DNA from: an uncultured SAR86 cluster bacterium
GTDB lineage: Bacteria; Pseudomonadota; Gammaproteobacteria; Magnimaribacterales; AG-339-G14
DNA length: 64,000 bases
Assembly: GCA_902540995.1 (NCBI GenBank)
Contig: CACBOY010000004.1
Span: 1,609 to 65,608 of the forward strand
Reading direction: 5' to 3'
This document shows positions 39,756 to 49,400 of this stretch, piece by piece. The stretch's first letter is position 1; each line of letters starts with the position of its first letter. A model generated the notes under the pieces. It saw nothing but the letters and a program-made list of their open reading frames with translations, was not told the DNA's origin and made no database searches. Both the position numbers and the translations under genes were made by a program.

Positions 39756-39787
39756 TTATTAGCCGCTCGTTTATGAGCGGCTAATAA
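39756..39787. terminator. Perfect 13-bp stem / 6-nt loop hairpin between convergent genes
   Basis: TTATTAGCCGCTC-GTTTAT-GAGCGGCTAATAA read directly. Followed by an A-run on the + strand, so it lacks a canonical U-tract in either direction. Confidence 0.5.
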
Positions 39788-39799
39788 ACAAAAAAAATA

Positions 39800-40537
39800 T
39801 TAACTATTATTTTCCCAGTGAAATTTTGGTAGTTTTTTTACTCCCTTATCTATTTGTTTAGCCCAAATATCAGATAATTCTTTAAAGAAAGGGGAATCTA
39901 GTTTTAATTGCTCTTGAAAATCTAAGTTTATTTGATCTTTTTTAAAGACAATTAAATCTATAGGAGGGCCAACAGTTAAGTCAGATCTCATTGTAGAATC
40001 TAAAGACAGGAGGGCAACTCTTGCTGCATCTCCTACGGATGTATCTGGATGAATCATTCTATCTAAAATAGGCTTTCCATATTTAGTTTCTCCAATTTGC
40101 ATATAAGGTTGCTCGTCGGACATATGTATATGATTTCCTTCAGGATATACAAGCATTAAATTTGGCTCTTGACCTTTAATTTGTCCTCCAACTATAAAAT
40201 GCGAACCTAAAACTACACTATTCTGAGAAGGATTTTCATTTGCTACTGACTGATACTCAACATTCAACTCTCCCACATAAGCAGCTACATCATCTAAATC
40301 TTCGCAGGTATTAAGGCTTCTTGATACTTCAGTTGATGACAGATCTTTCTCAATACGATGATATACCGCTTGGGAGGTAGCTAAATTTCCTGATGTAAGG
40401 ATGACAAAAGCCCTATCTCCCACGTTAAAAGTAAACATTTTTGAATACGTACTGACATTGTCTAAACCAGCATTGGTTCGGGAATCAGAAGCAAAGACTA
40501 AACCGTCTTCAATTTTTATTGCAACACAATAGGTCAT
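39800..40537 (-). CDS. Anbu-type proteasome-like peptidase (ancestral beta-subunit homologue)
   Basis: 245 aa. MTYCVAIKIEDGLVFASDSRTNAG... has Thr at position 2 as the putative N-terminal nucleophile, the typical Anbu start. Adjacent to ATP-grasp and alpha-E genes, as in known Anbu loci. Confidence 0.8.
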   Translation of the reverse strand: MTYCVAIKIEDGLVFASDSRTNAGLDNVSTYSKMFTFNVGDRAFVILTSGNLATSQAVYHRIEKDLSSTEVSRSLNTCEDLDDVAAYVGELNVEYQSVANENPSQNSVVLGSHFIVGGQIKGQEPNLMLVYPEGNHIHMSDEQPYMQIGETKYGKPILDRMIHPDTSVGDAARVALLSLDSTMRSDLTVGPPIDLIVFKKDQINLDFQEQLKLDSPFFKELSDIWAKQIDKGVKKLPKFHWENNS

Positions 40538-40572
40538 TTTGGGCTATAAATTGGACCTCAGTAATATTATAA

Positions 40573-42054
40573 ATGAATGATATATTGAGTTTTGGTAAAT
40601 ATACTAATAATTATATGAAATTAAAGTGGTCAAATTACGAATTGGCTAAATCTTTTGATGAATATATTAATTCTGATAATAAGGTAAGAAGCCACATTAG
40701 AAAGATTGGTAATTTTTTTGAATCTTTATCTCTAACAGAACTACAGGAACTTAATAGCTCTACCGAATCCGCAATTAAATCTCTTGGAATAAATTTCCGT
40801 GTTTATTCTGATACAGGTTCAGAGGAGAGGAATTGGCCTTTGGATTTTATTCCTAGAATTATTAAAAAGAGGGAATGGGATCAAGTAAGTAAGGGTCTTA
40901 TTCAAAGATCCAAGGCATTAAATTTATTTATCGAAGATTGTTATAACGAACAAAAGTTTTTAAAACAAAGTTCTATGAATGATGATTTGATATTCAAATC
41001 AAAAGCATATTTTTCTTTTTGTAAAAACGTAAAGCTGCCTAATTCTGCTTGGTCTCATATTTGTGGTTCGGATTTAATAAAAGATATAAAAGGTGATTTT
41101 CATGTATTAGAAGATAATTTAAGAATACCCTCAGGAGTTTCTTACATGCTTGAAAATAGATATGTAATGAAAAGAGTTTTCCCTGATCTTTTCTCTCACT
41201 ATGGTGTATCTAGAATTGATGAATATCCTCTTCGTTTATATGAAACACTAGTAGATTCGTCCTTTAGAAATACTAAGTCTCCAGAAATAGTATTGCTCAC
41301 TCCTGGAATTTATAACTCAGCATATTATGAACATTCTTATTTAGCTCAACAGATGGGAATAGATTTAGTAGAGGGAAGGGATCTAGTTGTAAAAAACGGA
41401 TATGTCTACAAAAAAACAATAGAAGGTTTGTCAAAAGTTGATGTGATATATCGTAGAGTAGATGATGCTTTTTTAGATCCTGAAGTTGGAAATCCTAAAA
41501 GTGTTCTTGGGGTAAGAGGATTGATCAAATGTTGGAAAAACAAAACAGTATCTATCGTTAATGCGCCTGGATGCGGCATCGCTGACGATAAAGCAGTCTA
41601 TAGATACGTTCCAGAGATGATTAAATTTTATTTGGATGAGGAATGCATTCTCCCCAATATAAAAACATATCTTATGAGTAAAAAGAAACATAGAAATTAT
41701 GTTTTTCAGAATATTAGAAAAATGGTTATAAAGCCTGTTGCTGAAGCAGGTGGGTATGGAATAGTTATTGGTAAAACCTTAAATAATGAAACAGAAGAAG
41801 AAATCAAAAAGAAGGTTTTAGGAAATACAAAAAATTACGTTGCTCAACCATTAATTGATCTATCCACAACACCAACTTTTAGTAGAAACGAAATTTCTCC
41901 ACGTCACTTAGATTTAAGACCCTTCATCCTTTCAGGAAAAAAAACTTACGTAACGGTGGGTGGATTAACTAGAGTAGCTTTAAAAAAAGGATCAACTGTT
42001 GTTAATTCTTCCCAAGGGGGAGGAAGCAAAGATACTTGGATAGTTGAAGCATAA
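40573..42054 (+). CDS. Circularly permuted type-2 ATP-grasp protein (COG2308-like)
   Basis: 493 aa. Size, the C-terminal ...GGLTRVALKKGSTVVNSSQGGGSKDTW motif and its pairing with an alpha-E protein fit this family. Confidence 0.75.
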   Translation: MNDILSFGKYTNNYMKLKWSNYELAKSFDEYINSDNKVRSHIRKIGNFFESLSLTELQELNSSTESAIKSLGINFRVYSDTGSEERNWPLDFIPRIIKKREWDQVSKGLIQRSKALNLFIEDCYNEQKFLKQSSMNDDLIFKSKAYFSFCKNVKLPNSAWSHICGSDLIKDIKGDFHVLEDNLRIPSGVSYMLENRYVMKRVFPDLFSHYGVSRIDEYPLRLYETLVDSSFRNTKSPEIVLLTPGIYNSAYYEHSYLAQQMGIDLVEGRDLVVKNGYVYKKTIEGLSKVDVIYRRVDDAFLDPEVGNPKSVLGVRGLIKCWKNKTVSIVNAPGCGIADDKAVYRYVPEMIKFYLDEECILPNIKTYLMSKKKHRNYVFQNIRKMVIKPVAEAGGYGIVIGKTLNNETEEEIKKKVLGNTKNYVAQPLIDLSTTPTFSRNEISPRHLDLRPFILSGKKTYVTVGGLTRVALKKGSTVVNSSQGGGSKDTWIVEA

Positions 42055-42965
42055 TGTTAAGTAGAAGTGCCAAACATCTTTACTGGTTAGCCAGATATAT
42101 CGAACGAACAGAAAATATAGCTAGGATGATAGACGTTAATTTAGAACTAATTCTTGATTATCCTGTAGATCATTCACTCAACTGGAAACCATTAATAGAT
42201 ACTCTAGATGCAAACCAATACTATGAAAAAAAATACAAAAAATATAACGAAGATAATGTTTTAAGTTTTCTTTTTGAGGGGGCTAATAATTCTAGTTCAA
42301 TAAAAAATTGTTTGGACATGGCCAAATACAATATTGAAACAGTTAGGGATGATTTACCAAAATCTGCAAGTATCAGTTTGAATCATCTTTACGATCATAT
42401 CTTTAATGAATCTTTTTTAAAGATTCATAAGAGAAAAAGATTGCCTTACATAACGAATATAGTGGACCTTACCCAAGAATTTTTTAGTTCGATAAATGAC
42501 AATCTTTCAAGAGGATACGAATTTGAATTTATAAGATTAGGTAGATTTTTAGAAAGGATTGATATGATATCGCGAATCATAGATTGTCTGTGTATTACTA
42601 AAAGCGATAAAAAGACCTATGACTTTTCTACTATGGAGTGGATAAGTTTGTTATCAATATTGTCAGCTCAAGACGCTTTTAGAAAGGTATCGAAAGGAGA
42701 GGTAGATAGAGAAGAAGTAATAAACTTTCTTTTACAAGATGATAGTTTTCCTAGATCAATAACAAGATGCCTTTCAGTATTAAGACTTTGTTTAGACAGC
42801 TTTCCTAAAAATGAAAAGATAATCCTTAAGATTAGAACTTTAAGATTAAGATTTGACACAGCATCATTTGAAAACTTTGATGATAATAGATTACATATAT
42901 TTCTAGATAAGTGTCAAAAGGATCTTATTGCAATAGATAAGCTAGTAGAAAAAACATATTTTTGA
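42054..42965 (+). CDS. Alpha-E domain protein (COG2307-like)
   Basis: 303 aa. MLSRSAKHLYWLARYIERTENIARMIDV is the typical alpha-E N-terminus. TAATG overlap with the ATP-grasp gene. Confidence 0.75.
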   Translation: MLSRSAKHLYWLARYIERTENIARMIDVNLELILDYPVDHSLNWKPLIDTLDANQYYEKKYKKYNEDNVLSFLFEGANNSSSIKNCLDMAKYNIETVRDDLPKSASISLNHLYDHIFNESFLKIHKRKRLPYITNIVDLTQEFFSSINDNLSRGYEFEFIRLGRFLERIDMISRIIDCLCITKSDKKTYDFSTMEWISLLSILSAQDAFRKVSKGEVDREEVINFLLQDDSFPRSITRCLSVLRLCLDSFPKNEKIILKIRTLRLRFDTASFENFDDNRLHIFLDKCQKDLIAIDKLVEKTYF

Positions 42966-43033
42966 TTATTTTTAGATAGGGAAGGCACTTAAAGCTTTAC
43001 AAATAAAGTATATCTATATTCGTATAATATATA

Positions 43034-43600
43034 TTATGTTAAATAAATATTAGACAAAAATAATGCTGAAGCGTATGAAATTACAACTAAGCTACCTGTA
43101 ATAGCTTGTATATTTCTGTCTATTTCATACTTTCTTCCAAGTATGTTAATAAAAACTGGGGGAACACCATTTATGTCATTTAATTCTCCATCGAAAAGCT
43201 TAAGACCAAAGACAGTCGCATAGAAAGAGAATATCCATAAGTAATTAAGAAGGATTGCTATTAAGTGATTTGTAACTGAATAAAAAAACCACAACAAAAC
43301 TATAGACAGCAAAGCTGTTATTATCATTGCATTAACCTGCCAAACTAAATGAAAACGTGCATGACCTGTCCATAATGGATTTGTAGCATGGGATTCATTG
43401 AAGTCTATTAAAGGAGTTAATGTGCCAAATCCAACACTAATTAAAGTTAATAAAACCTTTGAAATAAATATTAATTCAATTTGAGTAAAGATAAGGGCAT
43501 ATATAGACCAAATAATTGATAGTCCCACAACGTAACTAAAAATATCTTGCATTTTAAGGGCAAAGTTAAATGCCCTGCTTCTCTCTTGTGGATTAAGCAT
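43034..43600 (-). CDS. Integral membrane protein, unknown function
   Basis: 188 aa, about 5 TM segments. Conserved-looking loop ESHATNPLWTGHARFHLVWQ. GAGGAA SD. 37 nt downstream of the lipoprotein gene. Confidence 0.5.
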   Translation of the reverse strand: MLNPQERSRAFNFALKMQDIFSYVVGLSIIWSIYALIFTQIELIFISKVLLTLISVGFGTLTPLIDFNESHATNPLWTGHARFHLVWQVNAMIITALLSIVLLWFFYSVTNHLIAILLNYLWIFSFYATVFGLKLFDGELNDINGVPPVFINILGRKYEIDRNIQAITGSLVVISYASALFLSNIYLT

Positions 43601-43637
43601 AATTCCTCACGATTGTGACGGAAATTATAACTTAATT

Positions 43638-45371
43638 TTAATAGCCGCTTCCGCCGCCTCCTCCAAGACCACCTCCACCTAGACCACCACCTCCACTGGA
43701 TGCAGTTTGGTCTTTTATAACAATAGTACCTCCCATACCAGAGTGAATTTCACAATAATAATACAGAGCAGATATACCTGAGGAAGGAATTGTTATTGTG
43801 ACTTCAGTTCCAACTGTAGACACATTAGTTGTATATTCGTCACCTGGATTATTCGTTCCATCGATATTTGTCGAAAACTTAAAGGGATGATTAGCTATGT
43901 TGGGAATATTAAATTTATAAGTTTGACCAGCTTTTACTACTAAGGTTTTTTTAACTACACCATCAATAAAATATCTATTACCAGCTCCAAATGGATTGGA
44001 ATCAACTAGTACTTGAATTGTTTTTGAAGCTGCATTAGGAGTATTTACAGTTGTGGGAACAACATCTGCATGAATTATTTCATTTGAAGTTTTAGCAATT
44101 GTGTTCCAAAGGTTAGATTTGGTATCAGATCTAATCCATGTATTGAATTCCGTGACAAATTCAGAGAGCTTGTAGTACTCAGTACTATTTTTCCAGAAGA
44201 CATCCTCAAATGCGTCTTGCCAACCATTACCAGATCTTGCAAGTTCTGCTTCTTGCCAAGAGGTGTAATATTTAGACATAGCAGCATTGAAATTTCTTTC
44301 ATCTTTACTCCAAAGATAAAGCAAGGCACTAGCACCTGCTGAATATCCAACATTTCCAGTTAAATTAAAATCTGCCAGACTTCTTCCTGCATCACCTGCA
44401 AAATAATCGAATGCTGCTCCAAAATGATCTTCAAACTGTTGCGCTGGATTAGTAGTTATTCCGGTCTTTGTATTTGCATATTTAGCTGATAAAACAATAC
44501 CACCAAATTCAGCCCCACCCTCTTCTATGTACCATGGAAAATAAGCTGGGGTAGAAGCTGAAGCAGGATCTAACAAACTTGGATTAGAAAACCAAGCTTT
44601 TGGAAGAGAAATAGTTTTTGAGGTCTCGTTATAAAATTTTAAAGAATTTTGATATACGTGAAAATATTCATGTGCTATCACTTTAAAAGATTGTTGTATT
44701 CTTTCCGCATCACTTGCAAAGTTTGAATTACCTTCAGAATTTCTTTTATCCCAAACGAGCGCTTGAGGTATTTGAATATCAGCCCCATTTGGCGCTGCTT
44801 CATGAGAGTAGCCTCCTCCGGCAGACTCTAAAGGAAAACCATCGTAGTTTGCTAATGCATTATTATAGTTTGATAGTGGAGCTTGTACTGTTGCAAAATC
44901 TGTATTGTAAGCGTTCTTTTCCGTAGAATTTACATCGCTTGAGATAACTTTGTCATAAGGTGAACTACTATTAGCTCCTAGAACAAAAACATTAACAGGA
45001 ACTATTTGACCCAAAGTATTTTTTGAATATTCTAAAAGTTCATTAATATAAGTTTTCCAAGAGATACTTCCAGTTGATATTATTGTATTAGTCGCTTCGT
45101 AATAATTTTCACAAATAGGCATTGCCTCAAAGCTAGTTTCTTGCCAAAAAAAACTGTAATTGTTAAACACTGTGTTTGAAGATGAAGCATTTGGCATAGT
45201 TGTGTACCAAGCTTTTTTACAAGCATTTGCAGGATTTAAATTTGTGATAGTTGAGCTAGAACCACCTGAAGAGCTACTTGAAGAACTAGAGTAAGAACTA
45301 CTTCCACCTCCTCCTCCACAAGCTGTTATAAAAGATACTAAAAAGAAAACTAACCAAAATTTATTGTTCAT
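43638..45371 (-). CDS. Lipoprotein with Gly/Ser linker, HExxH motif, C-terminal cupredoxin-type domain and poly-Gly tail
   Basis: 577 aa. MNNKFWLVFFLVSFITAC-GGGGGSSSYSSSSSSSSGGSSS. HEYFH encoded at 44658-44672. C-terminal ...ANHPFKF...YYYCEIHSGMGGTIVIKD (His...Cys-x2-His-x2-Met, amicyanin-like spacing). Ends GGGGLGGGGLGGGGGSGY. Confidence 0.7.
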   Translation of the reverse strand: MNNKFWLVFFLVSFITACGGGGGSSSYSSSSSSSSGGSSSTITNLNPANACKKAWYTTMPNASSSNTVFNNYSFFWQETSFEAMPICENYYEATNTIISTGSISWKTYINELLEYSKNTLGQIVPVNVFVLGANSSSPYDKVISSDVNSTEKNAYNTDFATVQAPLSNYNNALANYDGFPLESAGGGYSHEAAPNGADIQIPQALVWDKRNSEGNSNFASDAERIQQSFKVIAHEYFHVYQNSLKFYNETSKTISLPKAWFSNPSLLDPASASTPAYFPWYIEEGGAEFGGIVLSAKYANTKTGITTNPAQQFEDHFGAAFDYFAGDAGRSLADFNLTGNVGYSAGASALLYLWSKDERNFNAAMSKYYTSWQEAELARSGNGWQDAFEDVFWKNSTEYYKLSEFVTEFNTWIRSDTKSNLWNTIAKTSNEIIHADVVPTTVNTPNAASKTIQVLVDSNPFGAGNRYFIDGVVKKTLVVKAGQTYKFNIPNIANHPFKFSTNIDGTNNPGDEYTTNVSTVGTEVTITIPSSGISALYYYCEIHSGMGGTIVIKDQTASSGGGGLGGGGLGGGGGSGY

Positions 45372-45506
45372 ATTTTCACCATATATTGATGTTATTTTGT
45401 CCTGGAAATCCCTCTCCGTTTTAGCACATTATTTTTAAATCGTGGCAATAGGATCAAATTACGATTAGTATAATGATATATATATTTCTGAATGGAGACT
45501 TGATAG

Positions 45507-46364
45507 ATGAGTAAAAATTATAAGGAAATTCTAGGTAAACAAATGGCTTTTTTAGACATTGGAGAAGGCCAATCTATTGTTTTTTTACATGGTAATCCCG
45601 CTTCCTCTTTTTTGTGGAGAAATATTACTCCCTCAGTAGAAGGTTTAGGTAGAATTGTAGTTCCTGATTTGATAGGCATGGGAGATTCAGAAAAACTTGA
45701 TGGGATAGACAATCCTGATTACCAATATCACGGACAATATAAATATTTATCAGCTCTTTTGGATTCTCTAGATTTGGGAGATGAAATTAATTTGGTAATA
45801 CACGATTGGGGCTCTGCTATGGGCTTTCAGTATGCAAGAGAAAATCCGGAAAGAATAAAATCAATTACTTTTATGGAAGCAATCGTGATGCCGCTTTCTT
45901 GGGACCAATGGCCTGAAAATGCTAGAAACATATTTCAATTAATGCGATCTGAGGCTGGAGAAGAAATAGTTCTTGAGAAGAATGTATTTGTTGAAAGAAT
46001 TCTATTGAATGATTCAGCTAATGGCTTTTCTGACGAAGAAAAAGCTGAATACATCAGACCTTTTAAAAATCAGGGCGAAGATAGACGCCCTACTCTAACT
46101 TGGCCTAGACAAATTCCTGTAGATGGTTCACCTCAAGCAGTTATTGATGAAGTAACTAAAAATGGGGAATTTCATAAAGAATCTAATATACCTAAACTCT
46201 TCATAAATGCCGATCCAGGAAGTATCTTGGTTGGCGACCAAAGAGAGTTTGTAAGAAGTTGGAAAAATTTAAGAGAAACAACTGTTAAAGGTAATCACTT
46301 TATTCAAGAGCACTCACCAAAAGAAATAGGTGAGGCAATAAAAGATTTTATTGAATCGCTTTAA
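45507..46364 (+). CDS. Haloalkane dehalogenase, DhaA/LinB-like (HLD-II)
   Basis: 285 aa. VFLHGNPASSFLWRNI, VIHDWGSAMGF (Asp nucleophile + Trp), FMEAIVMPLSWDQWPE (catalytic Glu region), GNHFIQEHSP (His). Confidence 0.9.
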   Translation: MSKNYKEILGKQMAFLDIGEGQSIVFLHGNPASSFLWRNITPSVEGLGRIVVPDLIGMGDSEKLDGIDNPDYQYHGQYKYLSALLDSLDLGDEINLVIHDWGSAMGFQYARENPERIKSITFMEAIVMPLSWDQWPENARNIFQLMRSEAGEEIVLEKNVFVERILLNDSANGFSDEEKAEYIRPFKNQGEDRRPTLTWPRQIPVDGSPQAVIDEVTKNGEFHKESNIPKLFINADPGSILVGDQREFVRSWKNLRETTVKGNHFIQEHSPKEIGEAIKDFIESL

Positions 46365-46400
46365 AGTTTTAATTTAGATTCGATAAGTTCAATAAAATTT

Positions 46401-46431
46401 AAAAAAAGCCTTCCGAAGAAAGCTTTTTTTT
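46401..46431. terminator. Bidirectional-looking intrinsic terminator between convergent genes
   Basis: AAAAAAAGCCTTC-CGAA-GAAAGCTTTTTTTT: 9-bp stem with one mismatch, flanked by an A-run and a T-run. Confidence 0.6.
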
Positions 46432-46446
46432 CTAAGTTCTAAAAAT

Positions 46447-49400
46447 TTAGTTTGCAGGCGGAGTCGCGATAACTTCTCCCATTAAAACGGATGGTTCACC
46501 TGAATTCAATAATGTCGTTGGCACAGTACCAATATAATTTTCAGATGTTCCATTTGGCCCAGTATCAACAAGATCTGTCGCAGGACCCATAATAGCTTTT
46601 GTTAAAGAAGAATAATCTCTTGCAGGTAAGGCATTTTTCTCAGATGTACTTAATACCTTCAAGAATTCATCACCTGATAATGCTTTAACAAAATAATTCT
46701 GTGCTGGACTCGCTGAATTGTCTGTTACAACTGAGCCTGTGGGAATAGTAAATTTTGAAGCCCATCTGTGGCAATTTTCACTCCAATTTCCATAGAAATA
46801 TTCTCCTAAAAACTCTCCTGTACAAGTATCAAAAACTCCGCCAGGTATATTAAAAAGGTTACCAAAGCCTTCAAACCACAGTGAATAAGTTTTACCAATA
46901 TCAGCTGCAGCAATACCTGAATTTGCAGTAGTGAATGAAGTTGTATCCAGTTCTAAAGTTTTCGGTTGGTCAATAACAACTGGCGTCCCACCATCGGATA
47001 ATTGATAATTACCATTCATCATAACCATAACTTCATAATAAGTTGAAACTGCACCTTGCCAAAGTTTATCTTCGCAGTATCTGGTAGCATTCATCAAAGA
47101 GGCATTTCCATCGTATCTAGGATGATCATCATCATAGAAGAAGTAATCGCCACCACCATCTTTGTCACATTCCAATAAGGCTAAATTTGCTGCAGAAACT
47201 AACTTACCAGTCCTCGCTGACCAACCTATATATTCAGTTGCCCAAGGATTGGTAGACGCATGATACTCAGGTAAGGCAGCTTGAAGACTTCCAAGTTGCC
47301 AGTCAATTGGTTCTCCTGTAGCAGTTTCAATTTGAGCAAACTTTGTTTGAACGGTAGATGAAATTGTCATTTCATTTGCACTGGAAACACTTTCAAAATA
47401 CATCTTGCCAGAATTTAAAACATAGTCGACTACATAAGATGAGGTAATTCCGTCTATTCGATCAAGAGTTCCACTATTATTAAACCATGGCGTTGCATCT
47501 GCATCATATATTGATGCGGCTACATCATTAAAAGCACCGTCATCGCCCGTTGCTTCCGTCAATTTTGCATCTGCCGCTGCTTCGTATCTGGCATTCAATA
47601 AATCGGGTTTAAGACAATTTGTAATACATTTAAGATTGTTTCCATCTAGATCTGTTGCTAATTGCGATACTGATATTCTGTTTATAGACTCAGATTTTAA
47701 ACCTACCCCAGCAGCAGTTGAAGTTGGTGCAGCAACTGCAGCTCCTGGTATTTGAAAACTTTGAAAAGTATCTGGTGACCAAGTCCACATATCAAGAGTT
47801 TGGCCATTTAATACCATCACCGTAGCATACTCACTTTGTGTAATAGTTTTTGGTGCTGGCGTTGTACCGTCAGCTGCAACTAATTCAATTCTTGGATCGC
47901 CATTATTCGACCACTTCATGCCATGAGTGATGACGAAAGCCGATTGAGCGCTATCCCAGTAACCTTCATAACTGTAAAAACAGACATGATTATTAGCATC
48001 GTTGAAGTCACTATTGTTACAAGTTCCTCCATTACCACCTACTTTTTTACCATTTACAGTAGCTGCAGCAGCCCCCCAGTTTAGAATAGCTGCATTTCCC
48101 CAGGCAGAAGCCCATTGAGAATCCCAGCCAACATCGATACTGAGTTTTATTTTGTTAATACTATCCAGAGGTTTATAGGTTGTTTCAAATTTTGTGATAT
48201 CTAAATAGGTTTTTGACAATGCACAGTTTCCTGTGGCACAAGGACCGGTATCTTTTCCATCATCTCGTTTCCAACTAAGCGCAGTAGGATCAAAAGATGC
48301 TCTACCATAGGTATCGACCCAAATACCCCAATAATCTGCCCAGCCGTAATAATCATCTCCAGAGCCAGGATTAGTAGCTCGCATTGGAAATGAGCCAGAA
48401 CTTTCCCCTACTCTTGCGCCACTCGAGTCGTAAACTCCATATCTCCAGACATTTTTATAAGCATCGGATTTTTTTGTGCTGTAACAAATTTCATCTGATG
48501 ACAATCCTGTATCAGATAGACTAACAGCAACTGTTTGCGCTGCCTGCCCTTCTGCTGCTCCCATTTTCCCGTCTGAATTATTAAAATCAAAAAAGGTACC
48601 AAAAAAAGATTGATTTACAGCTTCAGCGGCTAATACTTTTTCGCAATACCAATCACCTGCATCATTAATAATAAATTGCGTATAAACAACCAAGCCCCCA
48701 TCGCCACCTGTATTACTCGGAGAGGCAGACCAAGTACTATCCCAAAGTTCATGGGTATAAATCCCTTGGGCTCCTGTATCGTTATAGGAAATTGAAATTT
48801 CTTCTATTCCCATAATGCTTTCTTTGAAAAGAATTGTGTTGTTTTCGGATTTCACATACCCATTACCCAGACTAAAATTTTGTGCTTCAATTTTTTCTTT
48901 TTTAGTCATTGCTGTGGTATCTAATGCATCTGTAGGTGCAGTTACTCCAAATTGAGTAGCAAGTTTTGCAGCATCAGCATACAAAGAATAATTCATAGTA
49001 AAGTTTCCAAGAATATTGTCGGCTGTTGGATTGGAAGTTTGTTGATACTTAAGATAAACGGTCGCATCAAAAGGAAGACCATCTCCACCACCACCATCTT
49101 GAGCACCAGGACCTGTTGCTGCACCTGCTGGACCTGCTGCAGAATCATCTTTTGCAAGTTGAATCCAAACTTTTCCTTCCATCGGAGAAGAACCATCAGT
49201 TTGAGTAACAGTTAAAAAGGTTGTATTACCAGATTTACCTGTTTTCTTGTTTGAACCTCCGGAATTTCCTCCACCAGCTTGACCACCTCTAGACTTGGTA
49301 GCTTTATCTTTATCACCAGCTCTAGCTTTACCAAAATTACAATCGTCTTCAAAGATTGTTGCAACGTAAGATCCTTTATTTAAAAAAGTCACTGGTTTAG

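Noticed and set aside
43640-43700. GGN/TCN-rich repetitive DNA tracts (also about 45290-45330, 49640-49700, 52900-52990) that could be mistaken for tandem repeats or array-like structures.
   Set aside because: They are in frame and encode poly-Gly/Ser linkers or tails of lipoproteins. There is no repeat-spacer periodicity, so they are not CRISPR or VNTR-like elements.
48952-49215. Antisense or alternate-frame ORFs inside P1 and P2 (48952-49215 +, 48993-49196 -, 52338-52649 +, 52447-52662 -, and others) with Pro/Ala- or Gln/Val-rich translations.
   Set aside because: They coincide with the Gly/Ala/Ser-rich low-complexity coding segments of P1/P2, which keep other frames open. They have no start context and no independent signal.
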